In this document: positions 41,601 through 51,517 of the stretch, piece by piece
How the letters are laid out: each line of letters begins with the position of its first letter
Position numbering within the stretch: position 1 is the first letter of the stretch
NCBI GenBank assembly: GCA_965203415.1
Contig: CBDBCS010000006.1
Coordinates: forward strand, 702,500-766,499
Length of the DNA: 64,000 nucleotides
Direction: 5' to 3'
DNA from: Alphaproteobacteria bacterium
GTDB lineage: Bacteria; Pseudomonadota; Alphaproteobacteria; CBDBCS01
Position numbers and translations under genes: made by a program
Notes under the pieces: model-generated
Database searches by the model: none
Seen by the model: only the letters and a program-made list of their open reading frames with translations
Told to the model about the DNA's origin: nothing

Positions 41601-42294
41601 GCAACACGCCGGGCAACACACCGGGCAACACGCCGGACAACACACCGGACAACACGCCGGACAACACACCGGGCAACACGCCGGACAACACACCGGACAA
41701 CACACCGGGCAACACGCCGGACAACACACCGGGCAACACGCCGGACAACACACCGGGCAACACGCCGGACAACACACCGGGCAACACACCGGACAACACA
41801 CCGGACAACACACCGGACAACACACCGGACAACACACCGGACAACACACCGGACAACACACCGGGCAACACACCGGGCAACACACCGGGCAACACCGGGC
41901 AACACACCGGGCAACACACCGGGCAACACACCGGGCAACACACCGGGCAACACACCGGGCAACACACCGGGCAACACACCGGGCAACACACCGGGCAACA
42001 CACCGGGCAACACACCGGGCAACACACCGGGCAACACACCGGGCAACACACCGGGCAACACACCGGGCAACACACCGGGCAACACACCGGGCAACACACC
42101 GGGCAACACACCGGGCAACACACCGGGCAACACACCGGGCAACACACCGGGCAACACACCGGGCAACACACCGGGCAACACACCGGGCAACACACCGGGC
42201 AACACACCGGGCAACACACCGGGCAACACACCGGGCAACACACCGGGCAACACACCGGACAACACGCCGGGCAACACGCCGGGCAACACACCGG
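41601..42294. repeat. Tandem array of 58 units of RCAACACRCCGG (57 x 12 bp plus one 10-bp unit at 41889-41898)
   Basis: Counted directly: 24 mixed units, the 10-bp unit, 30 identical GCAACACACCGG units, then 3 terminal units (two of them variants). Confidence 0.98.
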
Positions 42295-42340
42295 CAGGGC
42301 TCGGAGTTCCCACACCCCAACCCCCGTGCATGCCGTGTAT

Positions 42341-42400
42341 CTTGGCCCCGCTTGGCCCCGCTTGGCCCCGCTTGGCCCCGCTTGGCCCCACTTGGCCCCG
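42341..42400. repeat. 10-bp tandem repeat (CTTGGCCCCG)x6
   Basis: Six adjacent units, one with a terminal G>A change. Confidence 0.97.
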
Positions 42401-42779
42401 GGCCTCCTGCAACAGGCATCGAGAAATACAGGTTGAAGCCTGGACTCTGCCAGGCGGCTCTCTGCGAAGAACACCTGAAGGAGCCCTCCCCGTCCCGAAA
42501 AGCCCTCCCAATTTATCAGGTTAAATCAGGTTAAAAAGAGGGAAATCTTAAAGTATTTTTGATCCAGGCTCCTGGTACGCAGAGCCCCCGAAGTCCCGTC
42601 CCCAGAACCAGGAGGCTCCCCGATTCGATGGGCCGAAACCCCGGGAAAATCAGCGCCGCGACCGACGGAGCGAAGGACCAAGGACCGACGGCTCGATGAA
42701 ACTCCGCGCGGTCCCACAACCCCAAACGGCCGAGCCTGCCTCTCTTATCGAGTCGTCCCCGGAGCCAACCGAGGCCAGG

Positions 42780-43859
42780 TCAGACCGACACGGCAACGGG
42801 CACGGAAACGGGACGCCCGGTCTCGAGCGACGTCTCGGCCGCCTCGGCCAGCTGCAGAGCCGCCAAGCCATCCTCGCCATCGGGGCTTGGATCGGCGTCG
42901 CCCGCGACGACGTCAATAAAATGAGCTAGCTCGGCCTGATACGCCTGCTCGTAGCGTTCCAGAAAGAACCGCTCGAGGGGCGGACTCAGAAAGCCCGAAC
43001 GCGTCGCGTATTGCACCTTCGTTTCGGCGACGTTGTCGACGGCGAGCATCCCCTCGCGTCCATGGAGTTCCAAACGCTGGTCATACCCATAAGGCGCTCG
43101 GCGCGAATTGGTAATCACGCCTAGCCGACCTTGGCGTGTTCGAAACTGCACGATGGCGGTGTCGATATCGCCGATGGCACCCACCGCCGGGTCCACAAGA
43201 CAGCTCCCAGAGGCAAAAACAGACGCAATGGTATCCGGCGGCGTCAGAGCCCCCAACATAAAACGAGCCATGTCAAAATCATGGATCATCATGTCACGGA
43301 AGAGACCGCCTGACTGACGCAGATAGTCCAAACTGGGGAGGTCGGGGTCTCGGCTTGCGATCGTCATCATGGCGAGGTCGCCCACAGCTCCGGCGGCAAG
43401 CTGGGCTCGCGCCGCCGCAAAATGACGGTCAAAACGCCGATTGAACCCCAAAACCAGAGAAGCCCGCGTCTGCCGAACAAGCTGGAGACAGGCCTGAACG
43501 CGCTCTAGGGCAAGGTCTATCGGTTTTTCGCAAAAAATAACCTTCCCGGCCCGTGCGGCCTGCTCTATATAGGCGGCGTGCGTGGCCGTAGGCGAACAAA
43601 TCAACACCGCCTGGACCTCTGGGTCCGCCCAAAAGGCCTCGGGCGTGCCGAGAGAAACACCATATCGCCGGCACAGCGAGGCTCCGACCTCTGGGTCCGT
43701 CTCGGCGAGGCCTCGAAAGACAACGCGCGGGTGGCGCGCAAGATTCTGCGCATGAACGCGCCCGATCCGCCCAGCCCCTATGAGGGCAACACGGACGCCC
43801 TCTTTTTTTCTGGATTCTGCCCCGGATTCCGTCCCGGACGCCGTCCCGGATTCTGTCAT
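42780..43859 (-). CDS. iolG: myo-Inositol 2-dehydrogenase (Gfo/Idh/MocA family)
   Basis: IGAGRIG, IFCEKPID, GFNRRFD, SRDP, GGLFRDMMIHDFD and YGYDQRLE motifs; ATG at 43859. Confidence 0.95.
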   Translation of the reverse strand: MTESGTASGTESGAESRKKEGVRVALIGAGRIGRVHAQNLARHPRVVFRGLAETDPEVGASLCRRYGVSLGTPEAFWADPEVQAVLICSPTATHAAYIEQAARAGKVIFCEKPIDLALERVQACLQLVRQTRASLVLGFNRRFDRHFAAARAQLAAGAVGDLAMMTIASRDPDLPSLDYLRQSGGLFRDMMIHDFDMARFMLGALTPPDTIASVFASGSCLVDPAVGAIGDIDTAIVQFRTRQGRLGVITNSRRAPYGYDQRLELHGREGMLAVDNVAETKVQYATRSGFLSPPLERFFLERYEQAYQAELAHFIDVVAGDADPSPDGEDGLAALQLAEAAETSLETGRPVSVPVAVSV

Positions 43860-43905
43860 AGACCCGACCTTGTATATGCTCTGAAAAACACCCTCCGCTA
43901 GGCGG

Positions 43906-43934
43906 ATTCGACGACCAAATAGACGAAATGTCAA
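43906..43934 (-). promoter_or_regulatory. Putative sigma-70 promoter of iolG
   Basis: Minus strand TTGACA-N17-TCGAAT, about 45 nt upstream of the ATG. Confidence 0.55.
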
Positions 43935-44512
43935 GCAAAATGTCGGGCTCAACGCCACGCAAAAGACGGGACGAGACGCAAGAACGCCAAATCAGAACAG
44001 GAAAAGAAAAAGAAAGAGAAAATCAGAACAAACTCACAGAAGAAACAGGCCATCCATGAGACATGTCCCGGGACACGTTTCCGGGACATGTGCCGGCTTT
44101 CGATTCGGTCGGCGCAAAGCGCAGACCGAGCTCCCGGGGAGGGGACGCTCTCGGGTTCTGTCGTCGGAGCGTGTAGGCATCATCCCTCACCGTCATCACG
44201 CTCGGGAGCGCACCCGGGACCCCCGGCCTCCAGACGCCCCCTCAAACAGGCGGGAGGGTCTTGCTTTTTGCACGAGCTTCGTCCATGTTTTTCCATGACT
44301 GTCCGTGAACGATGGAGCACGCCCAGCTGTTGTCGCGGCTGTTGTGTTGTATCCTCTGGACCGCCACGCCGGCCATATCGGCGGGGGGCCCCCGGTGAGG
44401 TGCCGGGGAGGGGTTGGCACGAGCCGGGAAACCTGCGATAAAGTTAAGATTTGTCCGGAAGTATTTCGGAACATTTCGGAAACATTTTTGAAGAAAGAAG
44501 AAGAAAGAAGAC

Positions 44513-46585
44513 GTGACACTATCGACTTCAAAGACTGCATCGACACCATCCCATAGTCCGGCCAAATCGAGGCCGCAGGCGGCGGGCGACTCGAGAGTCG
44601 TAGACTCGAGACTCTTGGACGCCATCACCTTAGGGCGAGTTTCGGTGGACCTCTATGGCAAGCAGGTCGGCGCGCGCCTGGAAGACACGGCGAGTTTCCA
44701 AAAATACGTCGGAGGCTCGCCAGCCAATATGGCTATCGGCATGGCGCGCTTAGGGCTCAGAGTCGCCTTTCAAACCCGCGTCGGGAACGAGCCCTTCGGC
44801 CGCTATATTCTCGAACAAATGCAACGCGAGGGCGTTTCTACAGACGCCATCGTGACAGACCCGACGCGCCTCACGGCTCTGGCGGTGCTGGGCATCCGAG
44901 ACACACAACAATTTCCGCTCATTTTTTATCGAGAAAACTGCGCAGATATGGCTTTGTCCGTCGAGGACATAAACCCAGACCTGTATCGCCAAACGCGTTG
45001 TGTCATCGTGACGGGGACTCATTTTTCTACAGAGACAACCCGAGCGGCAAGCACGAAAGCGATGGAACTCGCCAAAAAAACGGCCGGGGAAACGGACGCC
45101 CGCGTCGTGTTCGACATAGACTATCGTCCGGCTCTGTGGGGGCTGGCCGGGCTGGGCGACGGCGAGCAACGCTATATCCAGTCTCAACGCGTTACGGCGA
45201 GATTGCAGGAAGCCCTGCCTTGGTGCGACCTCGTGGTCGGGACCGAGGAGGAATTCGCCATCCTAGGCGGCCACACAGACCCCTTAAAAGCTCTCCAGCA
45301 GATTCGTCGAATCCGAGACATCGATCTCGTTCTCAAAACGGGCCCTCGAGGCTCCGTCTTTTTTCCTGCCGGGGGCGAGATTCGGTCTCTCCAGTCAGGC
45401 CACCACGTTCCGGGCTTCCCCGTCACCGTCTTCAATGTCTTGGGAGCCGGGGACGCTTTCATGGCCGGCCTCATGCGCGGCTATCTGAGACAAGAACCTT
45501 GGGAGACGTCTTTGACATGGGCCAATGCTTGCGGTGCCTTCGCCGTCTCGAGACACGGGTGTGCGCCCTCCATCCCGACGTGGGACGAGTTGTCTTATTT
45601 TCTGGAACACGGCACGCAGACACCTGAACTCCGCAAAGATGCTCGCCTGGAACAACGCCACTGGGCAACGACGCGCCGCTACCCGAGTTCTCAATTGCGG
45701 GTCTTCGCCTTCGACCACCGAGCCCAGCTAGAGGCCATCGCTACGCAAACCCAAGCCGATTTTTCCAAAATCTCCGTCTTCAAAAAACTGTGCCTCGCCG
45801 CCACAAAAAGAGTCGCAGACCAGGCTCTAGAAAAGGCCGGTGGGTCTCCGCCGGCGTCGCCCTCGGCCCCTGTGTCGGCCCCTGTGTCGGGCTATGGGTT
45901 TTTGTGCGACGAACGCTACGGCCAAGAGGCTCTTTTCGAAGCCACCGAGACCCATCTATGGTGCGCCCGCCCCGTCGAGAAACCTGTCTGGACCGAGGCT
46001 CACACAGACCTGGAGCTCGAAATCAGCCCGGACTTCGGGACCCATCTAGCCGAGTGGCCCGTCGACCACGTTATCAAGTGTCTCTGCTTCACGCACCCCG
46101 AGGAACCGGCAGAAAAACGACAGAAAAAAATAGACATCCTGATTCGGCTCTTCCGGGCGGCCCGCCAGACCGACCACGAGCTCTTGCTAGAGATTATCGC
46201 CGATAAAGCCTATCCCCGACGCGAAGACACGGAGGCTCGACTGCTGCAGGAGATCTATGACAAGGGCATCTATCCGGACTGGTGGAAACTGCAAGCCGCC
46301 GAGACGCCGGGGCAGTGGGAAGCCATCACGCAGACCATTGCGCGCAACGACCCCTATTGCCGAGGCATTTTGCTCTTGGGGCTGGCGGCCACCGAGACCG
46401 CCATGGCCGAAGCTTTCAACATGGCGAAACCCTATGAGCTGGTCCGAGGCTTTGCCATCGGGCGCACCATTCTAGACGCCCCCGCTCGCGCCTGGTTCGC
46501 CGGAACAATTTCCGACGCAACCGCCGTCGAGCAAATGGCGAAAAGCTATGCGCGCCTCTGTCGCCTGTGGGACGCCCGCGCTTAA
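44513..46585 (+). CDS. iolC: 5-dehydro-2-deoxygluconokinase fused to a DUF2090 aldolase-like domain
   Basis: GRVSVDLYG.Q, YVGGSPAN and PfkB VLGAGDAF motifs; C-terminal AFDHR, PDWWKL and GFAIGRT; exact start uncertain. Confidence 0.96.
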   Translation: MTLSTSKTASTPSHSPAKSRPQAAGDSRVVDSRLLDAITLGRVSVDLYGKQVGARLEDTASFQKYVGGSPANMAIGMARLGLRVAFQTRVGNEPFGRYILEQMQREGVSTDAIVTDPTRLTALAVLGIRDTQQFPLIFYRENCADMALSVEDINPDLYRQTRCVIVTGTHFSTETTRAASTKAMELAKKTAGETDARVVFDIDYRPALWGLAGLGDGEQRYIQSQRVTARLQEALPWCDLVVGTEEEFAILGGHTDPLKALQQIRRIRDIDLVLKTGPRGSVFFPAGGEIRSLQSGHHVPGFPVTVFNVLGAGDAFMAGLMRGYLRQEPWETSLTWANACGAFAVSRHGCAPSIPTWDELSYFLEHGTQTPELRKDARLEQRHWATTRRYPSSQLRVFAFDHRAQLEAIATQTQADFSKISVFKKLCLAATKRVADQALEKAGGSPPASPSAPVSAPVSGYGFLCDERYGQEALFEATETHLWCARPVEKPVWTEAHTDLELEISPDFGTHLAEWPVDHVIKCLCFTHPEEPAEKRQKKIDILIRLFRAARQTDHELLLEIIADKAYPRREDTEARLLQEIYDKGIYPDWWKLQAAETPGQWEAITQTIARNDPYCRGILLLGLAATETAMAEAFNMAKPYELVRGFAIGRTILDAPARAWFAGTISDATAVEQMAKSYARLCRLWDARA

Positions 46586-46795
46586 AAACACCGTGGCGGA
46601 AAAAACGTGACCGAACAAACAGCCAGGAAGCGTGTCAGGAACATACCGGTGAGCATGCCGGTCAGGCAAGAACGGCTTTTGCGGACGCACGCCGGAGGAA
46701 ACAAGCAAAGCGGCACCGCACCCACCCTCGAGTGGACTGTCTTGGACGTTCCGGACCGTGTTCTGAATTGATAATATCTCGAGAACGCTTTAATC

Positions 46796-48793
46796 ATGAC
46801 TCAGAGAACGCAAGAGACTCACGGCGTGCCGGAGGGACCCGAACGTCGGTCTACACGGTCCCCCGGGCAGACGACCGGGCGGACGGTCCGGCTCACGTGT
46901 GCTCAGGCTTTATGTCGGTGGCTCTGTGCGCAGAAAATCGAGTCCGAAGGCCAAGTCGTCCCCTTCGTCGGCGGCGTCTGGGCCATTTTCGGACACGGCA
47001 ATGTGGCGGGCCTCGGCGAGGCCCTCTACGAAGTGCGCGAGCACCTCCCGACCTATCGAGGGCACAACGAGCAATCCATGGCCCACGCGGCCATCGCCTA
47101 TGCAAAAACGCTCAATCGGCGACGGTGTATGGCTGTGACGACCTCGATTGGCCCCGGGGCCACGAATCTGGCGACGGCGGCGGCCACGGCTCATGTCAAT
47201 CGGCTGCCTCTTTTATTATTGCCCGGCGATGTGTTTGCCAGCCGTCTGCCTGACCCGGTCCTCCAGCAGCTGGAGCCCTTCGAGAGCGGGGTGCTCTCGG
47301 TGAATGACGCCCTTCGGCCGCTCTCCAGGTATTTTGACCGACTGACTCGCCCTGAACAGCTTTTGAGTGCCCTCCCCCGCGCCATGATGGTCCTGACCGA
47401 CCCGGGGCTATGCGGGCCTGTTACGCTCGCCCTGTGCCAGGATACGCAAACCGAGGCCTATGCGTATCCCCGAAGCTTCTTCGAGCCAAGAGTCTGGCAC
47501 ATCCGACGCCCACCCCCAGACGACGACGATATACGGAGGGCCGTGGACACTATCCGGCGGTCTCGAAGACCTTTGCTCGTCGCAGGCGGCGGCGTCCACT
47601 ACGCCCAGGCACCAGAGGCTCTGCGAGATTTTACCGACACAACCGGCATCCCCGTGGTGGAAACGCAGGCTGGCAAATCGGCCCTTCCCTGGACGCATCC
47701 TCACAATCTGGGAGCCATCGGTGTAACAGGAACCGACCCCGGCAATCAATTGGCGCGCGAAGCCGATCTTCTCTTGGCTGTCGGGACGCGTATGCAGGAT
47801 TTCACCAGCGGGAGTAATCATCTGTTTTGCAACCCGGACCTCCAGCGCGTATTTTTGAATGTCCAGCCCTATGATGCGTTCAAGCATCAGGCTTTGGGTC
47901 TGGTGTGCGATGCGAGACGGGGGCTCGAGGCCCTCCAGGCGGCCTTGGCTGGCTGGCGCGCCCCAGAGAGCTGGACTCAAAAAGGAGAAGCTTTGCGAAA
48001 AATCTGGTTCCAGAAATGCGACGAGGTCCAACGTCTGCCGGCGTCTGATTCGAATCGGCGGCCAACGGATGCTCAAGTTCTCGGTGCCGTGAATCGACAT
48101 GTCGGCCCTGGGACCGTGATGCTCGGGGCCGCCGGCACCATGCCGGGCGAGGGACACAAATTCTGGCGCACCGAAGAGCCCAATGGCTACCACATGGAAT
48201 ATGGCTTTTCCTGCATGGGCTATGAAATTGCGGGAGCTCTGGGGGCTAAAATGGCGCGCCCCGACCGCGACGTCGTCGTGATGGTCGGCGACGGGTCTTA
48301 TTTGATGCTCAATTCCGAGTTGGCCACAGCCGTGATGTTAGGGATTCGCTTCACCCTTGTGCTCACGGACAATCAGGGGTATGGGTGCATTGCCCGGCTC
48401 CAGGAGGCGGTCGGCGGGGCTCCCTTCAATAATCTTTTCGAGAGTTCGAAGCACGCGCGCATGCCGGCCATCGACTATGAGGCCCATGCGCGGGCCCTGG
48501 GCGCAGAAGCCGAAAAATTGACGCATCTGGCCGACATGGAACACGCCCTGGCACGGGCCAGACGCGCCGAAACTTGTTATTGCATTGTCGTGGAAAGTGA
48601 CCCTCTGACGAGTCAGAAGCTCGGCGGTACATGGTGGGAGGTCGCCGTCCCCGCCGTCTCTCGGCGCGTCGAGGTCCAAAACGCCCGACGCACCTATGAG
48701 GCCAGATGGGCCGAACGAGCCGGCCTCGCCGAAACCCCAGAGGCCCGGGATGAGTGCCAGGATGAACGCAACGAAACGGAACCCAAACCATGA
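46796..48793 (+). CDS. iolD: 3D-(3,5/4)-trihydroxycyclohexane-1,2-dione acylhydrolase (ThDP-dependent)
   Basis: RLTCAQAL, IFGHGNVAGLG, TSIGPGATN, YHMEYGFSCMGYE and GDGSY motifs. Confidence 0.97.
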   Translation: MTQRTQETHGVPEGPERRSTRSPGQTTGRTVRLTCAQALCRWLCAQKIESEGQVVPFVGGVWAIFGHGNVAGLGEALYEVREHLPTYRGHNEQSMAHAAIAYAKTLNRRRCMAVTTSIGPGATNLATAAATAHVNRLPLLLLPGDVFASRLPDPVLQQLEPFESGVLSVNDALRPLSRYFDRLTRPEQLLSALPRAMMVLTDPGLCGPVTLALCQDTQTEAYAYPRSFFEPRVWHIRRPPPDDDDIRRAVDTIRRSRRPLLVAGGGVHYAQAPEALRDFTDTTGIPVVETQAGKSALPWTHPHNLGAIGVTGTDPGNQLAREADLLLAVGTRMQDFTSGSNHLFCNPDLQRVFLNVQPYDAFKHQALGLVCDARRGLEALQAALAGWRAPESWTQKGEALRKIWFQKCDEVQRLPASDSNRRPTDAQVLGAVNRHVGPGTVMLGAAGTMPGEGHKFWRTEEPNGYHMEYGFSCMGYEIAGALGAKMARPDRDVVVMVGDGSYLMLNSELATAVMLGIRFTLVLTDNQGYGCIARLQEAVGGAPFNNLFESSKHARMPAIDYEAHARALGAEAEKLTHLADMEHALARARRAETCYCIVVESDPLTSQKLGGTWWEVAVPAVSRRVEVQNARRTYEARWAERAGLAETPEARDECQDERNETEPKP

Positions 48794-49734
48794 ACCAGGC
48801 CATGAACCAAACCATGAAAAAGACGGAACTCTTGTTCGGGGTGAGCCCCATCAATTGGTCGAACGACGACGAGCCGAGTCTCGGCGGACAGATTCCCCTC
48901 GACACCATGCTGGCCGAGGCCGCCCAAGCCGGGTATGACGGCGTCGAAAAAGGGCATAAATTCCCCGCCGACCCCGGAATTTTGCGAGAATGCCTCACGC
49001 CGCATGGGCTTCAATTGGTCGGAGGGTGGTGGTCTACGCACCTGCTCGAGCGTTCCGTCGAAGACGAAATTCAGGCTGCTCGCCCGCATATTGAGCTCTT
49101 GAAAGCCCATCACTGTCGCGTTTTTATCGCCTGTGAGACCTCTGGCAGCGTCCATGGCACCCGTTCCGCGCCCTTATCGAGCCGGCCTCGCCTGGCGGCG
49201 GAGGCTCGGCGGGCGTTTTGTCAGAAACTCACCGCTCTGGCGGATTATCTGCAGCAGCTGGGGCTCGAGCTGGCCTATCACCCGCATATGGGCACCCTCA
49301 TACAGACCGAGGAAGATATCCAGCACATCCTTCAGGGATGTGGCTCTTCTGTACGGTTTGCACTGGATTCGGGTCACGCTCTTTTTGCCGGAGACGACCC
49401 CGTTCGATTGGCCCAACTCTTGGCCGACCGCGTCGTGCACCTGCATTGCAAAAACATCCGAGCCCCCGTCTTGAAACAAATGCTCGACGAGGACGCGAGT
49501 TTCCTCCATGCCGTCCAGGCAGGCGTCTTCACCGTCCCAGGCGACCCAGACGGCTGTATCGATTTTGAGGCCTTCCTGAGAGTCTTCGCCGAGAAAACCT
49601 ATCGGGGCTGGCTGATCTGCGAGGCCGAACAAGACCCCGAGCGCGCCAATCCACGCCAATACGCAACCATGGGGTGCCAGACGCTTCGAGACCTTGGACG
49701 GAAACTCTGGACTTCGGGCCCCGCCTCACCCTAG
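48790..49734 (+). CDS. iolE: myo-Inosose-2 dehydratase
   Basis: SPINWSNDD, YHPHMGT, DSGH, FTVPGD and EAEQDP motifs; three tandem ATG-containing 12-mers at the start. Confidence 0.96.
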   Translation: MNQAMNQTMKKTELLFGVSPINWSNDDEPSLGGQIPLDTMLAEAAQAGYDGVEKGHKFPADPGILRECLTPHGLQLVGGWWSTHLLERSVEDEIQAARPHIELLKAHHCRVFIACETSGSVHGTRSAPLSSRPRLAAEARRAFCQKLTALADYLQQLGLELAYHPHMGTLIQTEEDIQHILQGCGSSVRFALDSGHALFAGDDPVRLAQLLADRVVHLHCKNIRAPVLKQMLDEDASFLHAVQAGVFTVPGDPDGCIDFEAFLRVFAEKTYRGWLICEAEQDPERANPRQYATMGCQTLRDLGRKLWTSGPASP

Positions 49735-49772
49735 CTCACCCTGTCTCACCCTAGCTCACCCTAGCTCACCCC
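49725..49772. repeat. 10-bp tandem repeat (CTCACCCTAG) x ~5 containing the iolE stop codon
   Basis: Seen directly in the sequence. Confidence 0.9.
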
Positions 49773-49830
49773 GGGAGCACACAAAAACAAGAAAACAGAA
49801 AACAGAAGCAGCAACTTTGGAGCGAATACG

Positions 49831-50694
49831 ATGACATCCTCTTTACTTGTGAAAAGCAACTCCCCTTCGTCGGCGGGCTGTGTCTTGGATCTTCCCCCCG
49901 AGAAAGCTGGCTGGAAGTACGTCGGCTTCGAGCTCTATCATCTTCGGCCGGGACAGACGCTTGATGTACATTACCCGGAACGCGAGTGTCTGGTCTTTCT
50001 CATCCAGGGAAAGGTCCGCGTCACGCTGGGGCCAGAACCGCCTCGGGAAATCGGCGCGCGCATGGAGCTTTTTTCGCGCCAGAAACCCTGGTCGGTGTAT
50101 GTGCCTCGCGCGAGGCGTTTCCATCTGGAGGCCACCACGGAAGTCGAGTTTGCACTCTGCACGGCCCCCGGGAAGACCGACCGTCCGCCTCGTTTTATTC
50201 CGCCGGACGATGTCAAGGCTCTGGTTCGGGGCGAGGGGACCAATCAACGCTTCATCCATAATGTCCTGATGGACCAACAGGATTGGGCGGACGCACTGCT
50301 TGTGACCGAGGTCTATACCCCGGCGGGGCATTGGTCCTCGTATCCGCCGCACAAGCACGACACCGACAACTATCCCGAGGAAACCTGGCTGGAGGAAATT
50401 TACTATCACCGCCTCAACCCGCCCCAGGGCTTCGGGTATCAGCGCGTCTATACAGACGACCGAACCCTGGACGAGCATATCGGATTTGAGAACGGCGACG
50501 TCGTGAAAGTGCCGCGCGGGTATCACCCGGTTGGGACTCCCTACGGGTATGAGCTGTATTATCTCAATGTCATGGCCGGGCCTCAGCGGCGTTGGTGCTT
50601 CAAGAATGATCCGGCTCATGCGTGGATGCTGGAGCCCCGCCAGCGTCCGGAAGATCCGGACGGCCAGCGTTCTGATAAAACAGAGCCGTCTTGA
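49831..50694 (+). CDS. iolB: 5-deoxy-glucuronate isomerase
   Basis: AGWKYVGF, WSSYPPHKHD, LEEIYY, VPRGYHP and YYLNVMAGP motifs. Confidence 0.97.
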   Translation: MTSSLLVKSNSPSSAGCVLDLPPEKAGWKYVGFELYHLRPGQTLDVHYPERECLVFLIQGKVRVTLGPEPPREIGARMELFSRQKPWSVYVPRARRFHLEATTEVEFALCTAPGKTDRPPRFIPPDDVKALVRGEGTNQRFIHNVLMDQQDWADALLVTEVYTPAGHWSSYPPHKHDTDNYPEETWLEEIYYHRLNPPQGFGYQRVYTDDRTLDEHIGFENGDVVKVPRGYHPVGTPYGYELYYLNVMAGPQRRWCFKNDPAHAWMLEPRQRPEDPDGQRSDKTEPS

Positions 50695-51091
50695 AAAGGC
50701 GTTCCCACAAAAAACGCAGACCATTGGCTCTGCCCGGAGATAAGTGGCCGGCCAGACCTGTCTGCTCTATAAAGCGCGGGGGGGCCTCCAGAATTTCTGA
50801 AGGCGAACGGCGGTCGTAACAACGCAGGAACAGAGCCACAAGGCCCTTCACAATTAAAGCGTCGCTGTCGGCCTGGAACCTAAGCGTGTCCGTCGCAGCG
50901 TCATAAGCAGACACAAGCCACAGACGCGACTGACACCCGGGAACGAGATGGCGGTCCTGACGCTCGGCCTCGGGGAGGGACCGGAGGGCCATGCCCAGAT
51001 CAATGAGATGCGCATACCGGTCGGACCAGTCCTCGAGAAAGGAGAAATCCTCGCAGATGGCTTCTTGAATGTGCCGGATAGAATCAGGCAT
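50600..51091 (-). CDS. sufE: Fe-S cluster assembly sulfur acceptor SufE
   Basis: DWSDRYAHLIDLG, VPGCQSRLW, DSDALIVKGL and LSPGRANG motifs. Confidence 0.95.
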   Translation of the reverse strand: MPDSIRHIQEAICEDFSFLEDWSDRYAHLIDLGMALRSLPEAERQDRHLVPGCQSRLWLVSAYDAATDTLRFQADSDALIVKGLVALFLRCYDRRSPSEILEAPPRFIEQTGLAGHLSPGRANGLRFLWERLFKTALFYQNAGRPDLPDAGGAPASTHEPDHS

Positions 51092-51517
51092 CAGACGACA
51101 GAGCCTCCCATGCGTTTAGGCCCAATAACCATGAAAAGACGGACAGAAGAACGAAAGAAGCGAAACCAGCCACACACACCCAACGATACACAATTTTTGG
51201 CCCACCGCCGTCCAAAAATAGTCGCGCATACAAACCCGATGCATGGGCCCGATGCATGGGCCCGGTGCATGGGTGTGCTCCTCCGGTGGGTGTGTATCCA
51301 TGCGCCCGCTGCACCCCGCCCCTATAAGACACAAGCCCCCGAAACAGACCCACGAGGATAGCTCTCTGGTGCGAGCGGGGCCATCCGGGCTCGCCGGCCG
51401 GCGGTCTGTCTGCCGGACGCCCGTTCGGAGGCTCCGAGTCCGTCCAAATACACCCAGACCAGATACACCCAGATAAGGCGGGATGGCTCAGAAAACAGGC
51501 CCCCATGGTCAAAGAAA

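Noticed and set aside
41601-42294. CRISPR array
   Set aside because: Units are 12 bp and directly adjacent, with no unique spacers; no cas genes in the window
41324-42511. Elastin-like (VLPG)n or metallothionein-like (CCPV)n proteins as annotated genes
   Set aside because: Any stop-free 12-mer opens all frames; no evidence favours a minus-strand frame, so coding potential is kept only as a hypothesis in the findings
42521-42534. CtrA box
   Set aside because: Spacing is TTAA-N6-TTAA, explained by a 10-bp tandem duplication
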